A stretch of DNA of 64,000 bases from assembly GCA_963751345.1 (NCBI GenBank), contig CAVVUS010000049.1, forward strand, positions 32,001 to 96,000, given 5' to 3'. Under the pieces are notes generated by a model. The model was given only the letters and a program-made list of their open reading frames with translations, was not told the origin of the DNA and ran no database searches. Each line of letters opens with the position of its first letter. The stretch's first letter is position 1. Shown piece by piece: positions 30,537 through 41,788 of this stretch. The translations under genes were made by a program, and so were the position numbers. This stretch comes from an uncultured Chloroflexia bacterium (GTDB lineage: Bacteria > Chloroflexota > Anaerolineae > B4-G1 > SLSP01).

Positions 30537-32792
30537 TCAGCTCTCCGCGAGGATCCGGTCGACGATCGGCTGCCGGTACTCGCGCGACAGCGAGTTGAAA
30601 TAGGCGCTGTAGCCCGTGACCCTGATCATCAGATCGGGATGGGTGGATGGGTCCTCGTGGGCTTCCACGACCTTCTCCTTGGAGATCACGTTCATGTTGA
30701 TGAGCGTGCCGCCCTGGCGGTTGTGCGCCATGATAAAGGCCATCACCGCGTCGACACCGCCCATGCTCTTGACCAGTTTGTCATCCAGCTCCACTTGCAG
30801 TGGGGTGGTGTTTCCCCATCCCGACTGCGTGGCTGCCACAGCGTTGGCCTTGGCCGTAAGTGCCACCGCACCTCCGGGCAAGAAGCCCGGATCGGGGTCG
30901 GCGCTGTGCGACACAGGCGTGAAGGCGTGGCGTCCATTAGGCGTCGCGCCAAGCCGCCTGCCGTAGGTATTCGTGTTCCCGTGTGAGAAGAGGCCCGGGA
31001 CGCAGATGTAGTGTCCCTTTGGCGTGGGGGTGTCCCGCACCAGGTGCGTCCAGAGGTCGGCGATCCGCTCAGCCCACCAGTCGGCGCGCGAGCCGCCGCT
31101 GCCGTACCGTGGGATGTTGTGGAGCATCAGCCGGACGGCCTCCGCACCCTCGAAATCGTTCTCCAGGTGCTGCATCAGGGCTTCCCAACTCAGCCGCTTC
31201 TCCTCTACGACGCGCTGCTCGATCGCCGCGAAGGAGTCGGCTACCGTGGCAAGTCCGATGGCGTCGAAGGCCAGGTCGATGATGTCCAGTCCACCTGCGG
31301 AGGCATCGAGCCCGCGTTCCACAGGGCCGTGGCAGAAGAGGTTGAGCACGATCTCGGTGTAGTTGTCGGCCTGGCGCTCCATATGGATGTCCTTGCCGAC
31401 CTTGACCGCCTGGACGACGATGCTGAGGTGCTCGGCATAGCGGCGCCAGACCTCGTCCATCGTCCTATGGGCCTTCTCGTCCGCCATCATGTCGTCGAGG
31501 GCCAGCAGGAGAGGGGTGATCAGGCAGAGACGCGTGCCATCCTGGATGCTGTACTCGAAACCCGGTAGTGCCGTCCAGTTGCAGCCGACCTTGGCGCGCA
31601 TGCGGGCCAGCCCGATCGGGTAACCGTTCTTGGCAAAGCCCTCATCCAGCCCGCCGGAGAGCGCAAAGTCGACGCCTGTGCCATCCTCGATCATGTACTC
31701 CAGCGCTTGCCGGAGCAGGCTCTGGTCCATGCCCTCCCAAACACGCAGAGCGATGTTGGTGGGGATCTTGATGCGGTGCATCGCCTCCAGGATCAGGAAC
31801 GACATCTCGCTCGTCAGGTCGTGCCCGTCAGCGGCTTGCCCGCCGATCTGCGAGTAGTGCGGATCGTTGAAGAACATGCTGGCGATATGCCAGACAATCG
31901 ACTCGTCGGTCTCGCGACCGGCGGCGATATCGGCCTCGTAGTAGGGGCGCAGCAGCTCGTCAAGCTGACCCAGTGCGCCGCCCAGCGCCCACATACGATC
32001 GATAGTCTGCGCCCAGACGATGAACTGGCACGCCTCACGGAAGGTCCGCGGCGCGCCGTCGATGAGGTACTCATTGACCTCGGCGATGTCGAGCAGGTTC
32101 TGCTTGGTGAGCGGATCCGTCTCGCTGTCAGCCATCTCGCGGGCCAGGTCAACGTGACGCTGGATCCACGTCTGGACGCCAAGGATCAGGTCCTCCTCAC
32201 CGTCGTAGAAGGAGGTGTCCTGTGGGTGATTGATCTCACGGAAGTGGCGCACCTTCTCCAGAAGCCCGCCCCAGCCCAACTCCAGCCCGATCAGCATGTC
32301 GGGGCCGAAGTGGTTCTTGTTGCCGATGCCGGGGCTGTAGGTGTTGTATTTCCTGTGGAGTTCGAAGAGACCTGTGGGGCGATCTTCGGGCTTCCAGCTG
32401 GTGGGGAAACTCCCATCGACCAGGCGACGGCGCGGCTTCTTGGGATCGCGCTTGCCCATGCCCCGCTCCAGGTCGAAGCCACCGAGGCCGGGGATGCCCT
32501 TGTAGACCCAGGCACCTGCCATTGAGCTCGACGGATGAATGTAGAGCGGGTGAACCTCCAGCCAGCGGCGGAAGTTCATGCCGATGCATTTCATCCCGTA
32601 GCAACCGCCATCGGGATGGTTGGGGATCACCTCGAAGTCGATCGGCTCCGTCCAGGGGATATAGCCGTGGTCGTCGGTGTCGAAGTAGCCGAAGAGCTGG
32701 ACCTTGAGGTCGGTGTGTTCCTTTTTTGTGTCGTGCAGAGCGTCAATACGTTGCTGGTAGATCGCGTCAGGTACGTCGCCAATGAGTGTCAT
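30537..32792 (-). CDS. Glycyl radical enzyme (PFL-like family), substrate unknown
   Basis: C-terminal RVTGYSAYF Gly loop; KVGCNW Cys loop; GLATVADS, ATPNGR; activase adjacent. Confidence 0.92.
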   Translation of the reverse strand: MTLIGDVPDAIYQQRIDALHDTKKEHTDLKVQLFGYFDTDDHGYIPWTEPIDFEVIPNHPDGGCYGMKCIGMNFRRWLEVHPLYIHPSSSMAGAWVYKGIPGLGGFDLERGMGKRDPKKPRRRLVDGSFPTSWKPEDRPTGLFELHRKYNTYSPGIGNKNHFGPDMLIGLELGWGGLLEKVRHFREINHPQDTSFYDGEEDLILGVQTWIQRHVDLAREMADSETDPLTKQNLLDIAEVNEYLIDGAPRTFREACQFIVWAQTIDRMWALGGALGQLDELLRPYYEADIAAGRETDESIVWHIASMFFNDPHYSQIGGQAADGHDLTSEMSFLILEAMHRIKIPTNIALRVWEGMDQSLLRQALEYMIEDGTGVDFALSGGLDEGFAKNGYPIGLARMRAKVGCNWTALPGFEYSIQDGTRLCLITPLLLALDDMMADEKAHRTMDEVWRRYAEHLSIVVQAVKVGKDIHMERQADNYTEIVLNLFCHGPVERGLDASAGGLDIIDLAFDAIGLATVADSFAAIEQRVVEEKRLSWEALMQHLENDFEGAEAVRLMLHNIPRYGSGGSRADWWAERIADLWTHLVRDTPTPKGHYICVPGLFSHGNTNTYGRRLGATPNGRHAFTPVSHSADPDPGFLPGGAVALTAKANAVAATQSGWGNTTPLQVELDDKLVKSMGGVDAVMAFIMAHNRQGGTLINMNVISKEKVVEAHEDPSTHPDLMIRVTGYSAYFNSLSREYRQPIVDRILAES

Positions 32793-32882
32793 CGATGTTC
32801 ACCTCCGTGAGAGTAGTATACCACGGGGAAGGAGGGATGCGCCAGGGGAAGATTGGACTCAATCCACCGGAATTAGTCCGAT

Positions 32883-35800
32883 CTAGCCCTCGCCTGCTCG
32901 CACCAACAGCGTCGTCTCCTGCCGGACGTTGGCGGAGGAGCTGCCGATCATCACGCGGACCGTGCCGGGCTCGGTCTCCCAGCGCCCGCGGTCGGGGTTC
33001 CAGTGCGCCAACGAGTCCCGGTCGAGGGTGAACTCTACCGTGTGTGTCTCGCCCTGGAGCAGCGTGATGCGGCGGAAGCCCTTGAGTTCCTTCGCCGGCC
33101 GGTCGACGCTCGAGTTGAGGTGCTGAATGTAGAGCTGCACCACCTCGTCGCCCGCGCGATCCCCCGTGTTGGTCACGTCGACGCTCACGGTCACCGCGGC
33201 CTCGGGGCCGAGTTCGGGTGCGCTCAGCCGCAGGTTGCTGTACTCGAACGTGGTGTAGCTCAGGCCGTAGCCGAATGGATAGAGCGGCTCGCCCTTGAAG
33301 TACATATAGGTGCGGCCGTTGCGGAGGTCGTAGTCGAGCCGCGGCGGCAGTTGCTCGATCGTCCGGGGCCAGGTCTGGACGAGCTTCCCACCGGGGTTGA
33401 CATCGCCAAAGAGGACGTCCGCCAGCGCGTTGCCCAACTCCTGGCTGTTGTGGGTGAGGTGGACGATCGCGGGCACGTTGTGCTCGAGTCCAGGTGATGG
33501 CGAAGGGGAAGCTCGCGAGCAGCACGACGATCGTGTTCGGGTTCGCGCGGTAGATCTCCTTGACCAACGCTTCCTGCTCCAGCACGATCGCGCGGCGGTC
33601 GATGGCCTCCTTGCCGTCGCTGGGGGTGGGGCACTCGGCCCATCCTGCGTCGCAGGTGGGGTGGTTGCCCACGACGACGATCGCGACGTCGGCCGCGCGG
33701 GCCAGTTCGGCCGCGGCGCCGCCCTCGTTGTCCCTGGCGTAGGTCACCTCGACGCCCGCCCCGGCCCTGGCGCGGATGCCCTCCAGCGCCGAGACGGTGT
33801 AGGGGGGCGTGCCGCTGTACCAGTCGAGCGCGACGTCATCGGCCCGCGGGCCGATGACGGCGATTGAGGTCACCTCGTCGGCATTCAGCGGCAGTAGGCG
33901 ATCTCCGCCGGAAACGGGCGCGTTCTTGAGCAGCACGATCGACCGCTGGGTGACCAGGCGGGCAAGCGCCTTGTGCTCGGCGCTGTCCCACGGCTCGGGC
34001 TCGCCCTCGCGCCCGATCTCGCTGTAGGGCACCTGCTCGGGCGGGTCCAGCATCCCCAGCTTGATCATCACGCGGAAGACGCCGCGCAGGACGGCGTCGA
34101 TCTCCGCCTCGGTGAGCAGGCCCTGGGCGAGCGCGCCCTCCGTCCCCTCGCGGTAGCGGTCCAGGAACTGGTTGATCCCCGCCTTGATGGAGGCAGCGGC
34201 GGCCATCTCCGGGTCGGGGTAGTACTTGTGCTCGGTGACGAGCATCGTCAAGGCACCGGCGTCGGTGCAGATGATGCCGTCCTGGCCCCACTCTTCGACT
34301 GTGATCTCCCTGAGGATCGGGTGGACGGTGCAGGGAATGCCGTTGACGGCGTTGTAGGCTGCCATATAGGCGCGCGCGCCGCCCTCCACGATGCCCCTGC
34401 GGAAGGGCTCGGCGTAGTACTCGCGGAGCAACCGCTGGTCGAAGTTCGACGAGGAGCGCACGCGCTCGTCCTCGTTGCTGTTGGCGAGGAAGTGCTTGAG
34501 CAGCGAGGCTGTCTGCCAGTAGCGTGGGTGATCGCCCTGCAGTCCCCTCACGAAGGCCGCCACCAGCGTCCCGTTCAAGTAGGGGTCCTCGCCGTAGCAT
34601 TCCTCGTTGCGGCCCCAGCGGATGTCGCGGCCGAGGTCGGCGTTGGGCGCGCGCACGACGAGCCCGCCCTGCCGGTAGCGCCTGCTCTGTGCCATATAGC
34701 GCGTCTCGTATCCCTCAACGGCTGCGGCGCGCTGTATCAGGTCGGGATCCCACGTTTCTCCAAGGCCGATAGCCTGGGGAAACTGCGTCGTCGGAACCAC
34801 TGTCGGACGTCCCCACCCGCCCGGCCCGCCCATAGCCAGCCCGTGGAGGCCCTCGACGTGGCCGGTGCCCCAGATGCCCAGCCGTGGGACGTCGGGCACG
34901 GTGCCCAAGCAAGCGACCTTCTCGTCGAGGGTCATGCGGGAAAGGATGTCGTCGACCCGCGCCTCGACGGGCAGGTCGGGATCGGCGAAAGGGAATCCGG
35001 CGCGGTAGCGGCGGACGATCTCCACCGTGTCGCCTGTGTCCTCCAGTTCGAGCAGCAGCGCGCGCTCGTTCGGGCTCCTGTTGGGATGGTGCAGCGCGAC
35101 CATCGGCGTGCCGTCAAAGGTGTGGAAGATCATCGCGTGCCCGCCATCCTCCGCGAAGAGAGGGCGAGGGTGCTGTACCCACGGGCCGAAGAGGCTCCCG
35201 GATTCCGAGGCCGCAATCAAGGTCGTGTAGCCGCGCCAACCAAATGTGGACCAGAGCATCAGCAGGCGACCGCTCTTGGTCCGGTAGAGAAACGGTCCGT
35301 CCGTGATGTACCGATCCCCGCCCGGACGTGCCACAGGAGCGTCACTGCCCCTGAACAACGTAACCGGCTCACCGACTGTGTCCGATAGATCGTCGGCCAG
35401 ACGAACGCACTCGACGGTGCCGTCTGCGATCTGCACCCACTCGTGGCAGTAGACCATATAGGGGACACCGTCCTCGATCCAGAGCGTGCCGTCAAGCGCC
35501 ATCTGGTCGGTGGGGGTGTGGGCCCGATTGTGGAAGGGCCGAAAGGGCCCCAGCGGCGACTCGCCGACGAGGACCTGGGAGCCGCGCATGACGAGGGGCG
35601 GCCAGTCCTCGGCTTCCCCAGCGGCGACCGGCGGTTGGGCGTTGGGAAGGGGTATGTGGGTGTTGAAGGTGACGAAGAGGTAGAACTTGCCCCGGTAGGC
35701 GTGCATCTCGGGCGCCCAGATGGACCCCTGCGCCCAGAAGTCGGGCGGCGTCTCGAAGACGGGGGTGGGTCCACGCCACGTCTCCAGGTCCTGGCTCGTG

Positions 35801-35949
35801 TAGACGCCCACGCCGGGCCGCGGACGTTCCGAGGAGGGGTGCAGTGACGCGACCAGGTAGTAGGTCTGCGTGGCAGCGTCGGGCAGGATGAAGGGATCGC
35901 GGATGCGCAGGTCGGCCAGGCTGAAGGCGTTCTCGGGGGCTGGGGTCAT
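32883..35949 (-). CDS. GH43-GH3 fusion glycosidase (beta-xylosidase-like) with Fn3 domain; frameshift near 33490
   Basis: GH43 IRDPFI, WAPE, DGPF; GH3 WGRNEECYGEDP, KHF, ICTDAG, SIVLLKN; YPFGYGLSYTTF and DEVVQLY. Confidence 0.9.
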
Positions 35950-36305
35950 TATGAACTCCTTACGCGTAGAAACGTTGGCACGCTAACACGTTTCCATGTT
36001 AGCACGGGCGCCTCCGAACGCGAGCGCACCGGAACGCGAATCCGCATCTCTTCCGGGAAGGTGGCCGTGCCTTCCCGCAAGATGGGGTGAGCTGAATTGG
36101 TCGACCGGATGAGCATTGTGGACGCAGAAACGATTGTGGAAGGTGGATCCGGACGTCTACCGGCATACGCCTAGCATAGCACGAGGTCGCCTTGCACCAC
36201 GCGCGGGCCAACTGCCGCGACCCTAGGTATTTCACTCCTCCAGTCCTGGAAGGTCAAATCCTGGCGCTGCAGGGACAGCTTCCCGGAAGCTGAGTACGCC
36301 CCGGT

Positions 36306-37219
36306 CTAGCTGACCGGGTTGGGTTGTGCCAACCTGGCGAGGTCGGGCGCCTCCATGCGCGGGCCGGGGTAGCGCGGTCACTTCGCCAAACCGACGGTGT
36401 TGCTCCCAATCCTTCGCGCGCCTGCGCGATTTCGTCGCGAGTGCGGGCCACGAAGTTCCACCACATCAGGATCTGCTCGGAGAAAGGCGGCCCACCGACC
36501 AGGAGGACGCGGCCTCCCTCGCGGCTGCTCAGCGAGGCTGACGGCCGTCCGACATCCAGGACGTTGAGCATGTTTTCACCAAGGGCCTTGCCCTCGAAGG
36601 TGACGTCTCCCTGCAAGAGGAGCAGAGCGTGCTCGTAGCTCGGGTCCAAGCCGAAGGTCGTCGCCTCTCCCGCGTGGATTGACACATCCGCACCCAGGAT
36701 CTCCGAATAGTGACGCACGGGCGAGGTCACATCCTGCAGCGAGCCGGAGAAGACCCGGATGATGCCGCCCGGCTGCTCGACGACGGGCACCTCGGCGACG
36801 CTTTCGAACGTGGGCGCTCCCTCGCGATGCGCGTCGGGCAGCGCCGCCCAGAGCTGGATGCCGTTCAACCGCCCACTGTTGGGCGTTGGGCTCCTCTCGG
36901 CGTGGGCAATTCCGTGACCGGCTGTCATCACGTTGACCCCACCGGGCCTCACGATGGCCTTGTAGCCCTGGCTGTCATTGTGCTGGACCTCACCCTCGAT
37001 CAGCCACGTGACCGTCTGTATGCCGATGTGAGGGTGGGGGGCGATGTCCATCGGGCTCGTCTCACCGAATGAGACCGGTCCGAAGTGATCCAGAAAACAC
37101 CACGGGCCGATCATCCGGCGCTCCCGGATGGGCAGCGCCCGTGCGACGCTCAGCTCGCCGAGACTGACGTTTCGGCTCGGGTACGACTCAAATGGCTGGA
37201 TAGCGATCGGTGATGTCAT
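36306..37219 (-). CDS. Pirin family protein 2; 3' frameshifts
   Basis: IGPWCFLDHFGP, PHPHIG, MTAGHGIAHAE, WWNFVAR; ATG overlaps the stop of pirin 1. Confidence 0.88.
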
Positions 37220-38116
37220 CGCAGGAACGTGCCCTCTTGGAGTTCGCGGAATGCCTGGCGGAGTTCTGCTTGGGTGTTCATCACGATAGGCCCATACCAC
37301 GCCACCGGCTCTTTGAGCGGTTTCCCGGAGACCAGCAGGAAGCGGACGCCGTCGGCGCCTGCCTCGACGAGGATCTCGTCGCCGCTGCCGAATAGGACGA
37401 GCGAGGTATTGTCGGCTTCGGTCGGCGGCGTCGTGTCGGCCCAGCTCACGGGCTCGGTCGGGACCGCGAGCGGCTCCGAGGCGTCGCAGAAACGACCTGG
37501 CCCCTCCAAAGACGTAGGCAAAAGCGTTGCGCGCGGCCTCGACGGGCAGCGTCTTTTGCACCCGTGGAGGCACGGATATATCGAGATAGATGGGCGCTGC
37601 GGCGACGCCCTCGATCGGTCCGGTCGTCCCCCGATAGCCTCCGCATATCACGCGGACCTGTGTGCCGTCGTCGTCAGTCACCACCGGGACCTCGGATGCC
37701 GTCACGCCCTGGTAACGCGGATCGGTCATCTTCAGAGCAGCCGGCAGGTTGGCCCAAAGCTGAAATCCGTGCATCCTGCCCGCAGGATCACCCTTCGGCA
37801 TCTCCTGGTGAATGATGCCCCCGCCCGCAGTCATCCACTGGACATCGCCCGCTCCGATCACCCCACCGTTGCCCATGCTGTCACCGTGCTCCACGGTGCC
37901 CGTGAGCACGTAGGTGATCGTCTCGATACCGCGGTGCGGATGCCAGGGAAAGCCGGCCAGGTAGTCGTCGGGAATGTCATTGCGGAAGTCGTCGAGCAGC
38001 AGGAACGGGTCAAAGTCGGTGGTATCGCCGAAGCCAAAGGCGCGCCGAAGGTGCACACCTGCACCTTCAATCGTGGGCTTTGCTTTGATCAAACGGGCGA
38101 CGGGTCGGATGGACAT
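37216..38116 (-). CDS. Pirin family protein 1; frameshift near 37500
   Basis: DPFLLLD, WHPHRG, MTAGGGIIHQE, FQLWANLP, YGPIVMNT. Confidence 0.9.
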
Positions 38117-38376
38117 TGTGACCTCCAATGCTATGAGTAACCCCACACGAGACGAGGTACCCTCCAACTTTGGAAGGGGCCATTCACTTCTACCAATATA
38201 GCACGGAAGACGCCTCCAGTGTGGCGGGGCCACGGTGGGCATTGGTTGGCGATCCGTTGAAGACCCTGGACGACGCAGATGGCTGTCTCCATGTGGTTGT
38301 ATCGCGCGCCATTCCTTTGCCACCGGACTCAAGTATACTGGGGTAGTTGCGCGTCAATCGACTCCGGGAGGCATCG

Positions 38377-39030
38377 ATGGCCATACTGGGTATTAGCGCG
38401 AGCGGCCGGACATCAGGCATCACGACCGAGATCGTGACGGCGGTTCTCGAAGCGACGGGGGAACCCTACGAGTTCGTGTCACTCGCGGGGATGCAGATCG
38501 GCGGATGTCGTGGCTGCACGCGCTGTGGAGCAGACAATCGCTGCAAGGTTGATGACGACTGGCCTCCCATAGGCGAGAAGATGCTCGCGGCTGACGCTGT
38601 CGTCTTCGGCGCACCGAATTACTACGGAATGATCAATGCCTTGGGACATGCTTGCTTGGAGCGCACCTTCTGCTTTCGCCACCGCGAGGTCTTCAGCCTT
38701 GCCGGAAAGCTGGGGGTTGCCGTCGGCGTGGACGGAGGCTCTCAGGACTCGGCGGTCATCACATACATCGAGCGGATGATGGCATCCAACCAAATGGCGG
38801 TGATCGGATCGGCCTATGCCGACGGATACTCGCAATGCTACACCTGTGGCTTTGGCAGTGACTGCGCGGTCGGTGGTGTGGTGGGACGCCACGGCTTCCT
38901 CGATGCCATCGAGGAGCGGCACCTGCCTCCCCGGTTGGTGCAGCAGGAGCGTGCATCGGTGCGCGCCTACAAAGTGGGGAAGACGCTGGGATCGATCTTG
39001 CGTGCGAGGGCATGCGCGAGACGTCTATAG
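38377..39030 (+). CDS. Iron-sulfur flavoprotein / NADPH-dependent FMN reductase family
   Basis: ISASGR, CRGCTRC..C, ADAVVFGAPNYY. Confidence 0.85.
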   Translation: MAILGISASGRTSGITTEIVTAVLEATGEPYEFVSLAGMQIGGCRGCTRCGADNRCKVDDDWPPIGEKMLAADAVVFGAPNYYGMINALGHACLERTFCFRHREVFSLAGKLGVAVGVDGGSQDSAVITYIERMMASNQMAVIGSAYADGYSQCYTCGFGSDCAVGGVVGRHGFLDAIEERHLPPRLVQQERASVRAYKVGKTLGSILRARACARRL

Positions 39031-39151
39031 ATGGCTCTGCTGACGCTGTAGCCGACCGTCCAGGTCTATCTGCGTAAGGCTCCCTAGCAGTGCGTCCGAG
39101 CGTGAGACCCGATGACGCCCTTCGAGATATTGCCGCTCGCGCAGGAGGGTT

Positions 39152-40642
39152 ATGATCTCAAAGGTACAGACGCTCGTCTCTGTCATCATCCCGGCGCTCA
39201 ACGAGGCGGCGAACATTGCAGCATGTGTCGAGGCCGCGCGAGATGGCTATGCCCACGGACAAGTGGAGATCATCGTGGTTGATGGAGGAAGCACCGATGG
39301 CACGCAAGCCCTGGTCCCTGCGGATGTGGTGATGGTCGAAGCGCCGCGCGGCCGAGGAGTGCAGATGAATCGAGGGGCAGCTCTGGCGCAGGGCGACGTC
39401 TTGGTCTTTTGTCACGCGGACACCCGGCTACCTATGGGGTGGCGTGAGGCCGTGATCGACATCCTCTCCGATCGGAAGGTTAGCGGCGGTGGATTCCAGC
39501 GCATCTTCGAGCCGGCACGGGGATTCGTCCATATCATTAACCGCATCAAGATCCGAGACAACTGGCGGCTCCTTCACGGCGACCGGGCGCAGTTTATGTC
39601 GCGGAGTACCTTCGAAGCAGTCGGGGGCTTTCCGGAGATCCCACTAATGGAAGACGTAGAGATGGGACGTCTGCTCCACGAACAGGGAAAGATCCGCATC
39701 GTGCCGCTGCCGCTCCAAGTCTCTTCGTCAAGCCGACGACTATTGGAGCGCGGGCCGTTCCGTCAGTACTGCCTGACGGGGTGGTACCGGTTTAGGTATT
39801 TCCACCTTGGGGCCACGCCTGATGATATTGCCCAGGCCTACAGGTCGAGCCGAGAGGATCTGGGCACTGGTAGCGATTCCGTGTACCCTGCTGCTGCAGA
39901 TAGCCGAGGCCGTGGGAAAGGACCCTGGATTGCCGTACTTCTGCTGGCCGTCAGTTTCGTCGCACCCCTAATCTGGCCGTTGATCGCAGGGCAGCACCTC
40001 GTCAATACCGAAAGGCTCCAGACATTCATCCGAAATGCAGGGCCGTGGGCGCCCTTGGTCTACGCTGTCGTCTACACCATTAGCTCTCCCATTCCCGGCA
40101 TCGCCCCGTTTCTGTCCCCGATGGCGGGGCTGCTCTTTGGGTTGGGCTGGGGGCTCGCGCTCGTCCTCGCTATCGCCCCACTCTCGTCGCTGATCCCATT
40201 CTCTATTGCCCGTAAGCTTGGGCGCACTTGGGTTGCGTCCAAGGTGGAGGGTGGCAAGCTGGAAGATTTGTACGAGCAGTCGGAGACCCAGATCGGCTTC
40301 ATCTTTGTGTTGCTGCTCCGGCTCATTCCGGTCTTGCCGTGGGAATTGCAGAATTACGTGGCCGGCGTGACCAAAGTGGGGGTGCCAACCTATCTTCTTG
40401 CGACGGTCTTGGGCATTCTGCCCGGGAGCACGTCCTTTGTTCTTCTGGGCGAATCCGTTGCCGAAGGCGCGCCATGGAAGTCGGCTGTGGCAATTGCTCT
40501 TGATACGGGCGTGATCATCCTGGTATCGATCATCGCTGCCGTCTTCCGACGCCGAGCAGCGAAAAGACCGCCGCGCGCGGAGATTCGGCAAGACGATGCG
40601 GGCAAGGACGACAACCAGCCTGTGTCTGACGACATCGACTGA
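39152..40642 (+). CDS. GT2 glycosyltransferase (TIGR04283-like) fused to a TVP38/DedA membrane domain
   Basis: IIPALNE, VDGGSTD, GRGVQMNRGA, HADT, GD, PLMEDVE, SSRR; then LRLIPVLPW and LGILPG DedA motifs in the same frame. Confidence 0.85.
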   Translation: MISKVQTLVSVIIPALNEAANIAACVEAARDGYAHGQVEIIVVDGGSTDGTQALVPADVVMVEAPRGRGVQMNRGAALAQGDVLVFCHADTRLPMGWREAVIDILSDRKVSGGGFQRIFEPARGFVHIINRIKIRDNWRLLHGDRAQFMSRSTFEAVGGFPEIPLMEDVEMGRLLHEQGKIRIVPLPLQVSSSSRRLLERGPFRQYCLTGWYRFRYFHLGATPDDIAQAYRSSREDLGTGSDSVYPAAADSRGRGKGPWIAVLLLAVSFVAPLIWPLIAGQHLVNTERLQTFIRNAGPWAPLVYAVVYTISSPIPGIAPFLSPMAGLLFGLGWGLALVLAIAPLSSLIPFSIARKLGRTWVASKVEGGKLEDLYEQSETQIGFIFVLLLRLIPVLPWELQNYVAGVTKVGVPTYLLATVLGILPGSTSFVLLGESVAEGAPWKSAVAIALDTGVIILVSIIAAVFRRRAAKRPPRAEIRQDDAGKDDNQPVSDDID

Positions 40643-40675
40643 GTACATGCGTAGGGACTGAGAGGAGTCTGGGCT

Positions 40676-41788
40676 ATGGAATGGGATGGTGGTGAGTTCG
40701 AGGCAAGCCTCAAGCGCATCGTGGATTTCGGTCTCGATAACTGCATCGGAGCGAACGACTGTATGCGCGCCTGTCCCGTTAACCGGCTGGATGTCAATCA
40801 GAATGAATTGGATTCTGTGCTGGTCTCCGGAGTATGGACCGAACGGGTTCAGACTTTCGTCACCGAGTGCGTGCAGTGCGGCGACTGTACGCTTGCTTGT
40901 CCGGCCGGCGTGCACCGTGATCACATGATGCTGATGCTGAAAGCGATGTTGCCGACGATACCAAGCCAGTGGCGGAAGTACTACAATCTCAAGGGTCGCC
41001 AGGACCAGCAATTACTCATCTCGCTGTATAACATCATCGGTCGGCTCCAGGTTGGCCCATTGGGCAAGCACGTCGACAAGGCAAAGCTCGAGCACAAACC
41101 GTTGCTGTTCTACTTCGGATGCTATGTGTTCTCGCCCTCAAAGGCCCCGGCTGCCACTCTGCAGCTCGCCGACCGGTTGGGGTTGGACTATGAGGTGCTG
41201 GCGGGCGTGCGCTCGTGCTGTGGCTGGCCACAGTACCTGACCGGCAAGATGGGCTACGGCCAACAGATGCTGACGCATCTGGAGACGCTCATCGGCAAAG
41301 TTGACCCGGAGGTGATCGTCACCGGGTGCGCTGAGTGTTATGCGGGATTGGTCCGGCTCAAGCGGAAGATCGGTGCATCGTGGGAGCCACTTACGACGCC
41401 TGAGTGGCTGCTTCAGCACGCTGACCGCCTCTCCTGGCAGAAGCTCGGGTATCCCGTTGCGATTCACGACTCTTGTCACATCACGAAGAAGCTCGGAAAT
41501 CCTGATCCGGCCCGCCAACTGCTGGCGCGGATGGCGGATGTTGTCGAGATCGCGGAATCGCCTGAGGAGTGCGTCTGCTGTGGTTACTACAACATTCACG
41601 CCAACCCCGAGGTGAACCACCAACTCCACGAGGATAAGCTGGCTATCGTGGCCGAGAAGGGCGCTGCGGGAATGGCGTGTGAGTGTGTGACCTGTTGGGA
41701 GTCTTTTGCTGAGCCTTTCAAGGAAGCTGACGTCCCGTTGTGGGAGCTTATGGTAGCGGCGGAAGTGGCGACGCGGGGAGGTGCATAA
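40676..41788 (+). CDS. Fe-S oxidoreductase with CCG domains (HdrD/GlpC-like)
   Basis: CVQCGDCTLACP; YFGC, SCCG, GCAEC, HDSC, CCG, CVTC. Confidence 0.85.
   Translation: MEWDGGEFEASLKRIVDFGLDNCIGANDCMRACPVNRLDVNQNELDSVLVSGVWTERVQTFVTECVQCGDCTLACPAGVHRDHMMLMLKAMLPTIPSQWRKYYNLKGRQDQQLLISLYNIIGRLQVGPLGKHVDKAKLEHKPLLFYFGCYVFSPSKAPAATLQLADRLGLDYEVLAGVRSCCGWPQYLTGKMGYGQQMLTHLETLIGKVDPEVIVTGCAECYAGLVRLKRKIGASWEPLTTPEWLLQHADRLSWQKLGYPVAIHDSCHITKKLGNPDPARQLLARMADVVEIAESPEECVCCGYYNIHANPEVNHQLHEDKLAIVAEKGAAGMACECVTCWESFAEPFKEADVPLWELMVAAEVATRGGA

Noticed and set aside
36254-38332. 692-aa double-pirin fusion ORF
   Set aside because: Pirin 1's true C-terminus is in another frame ending at 37216, with an ATGA overlap to pirin 2; the fusion is created by an indel near 37500.
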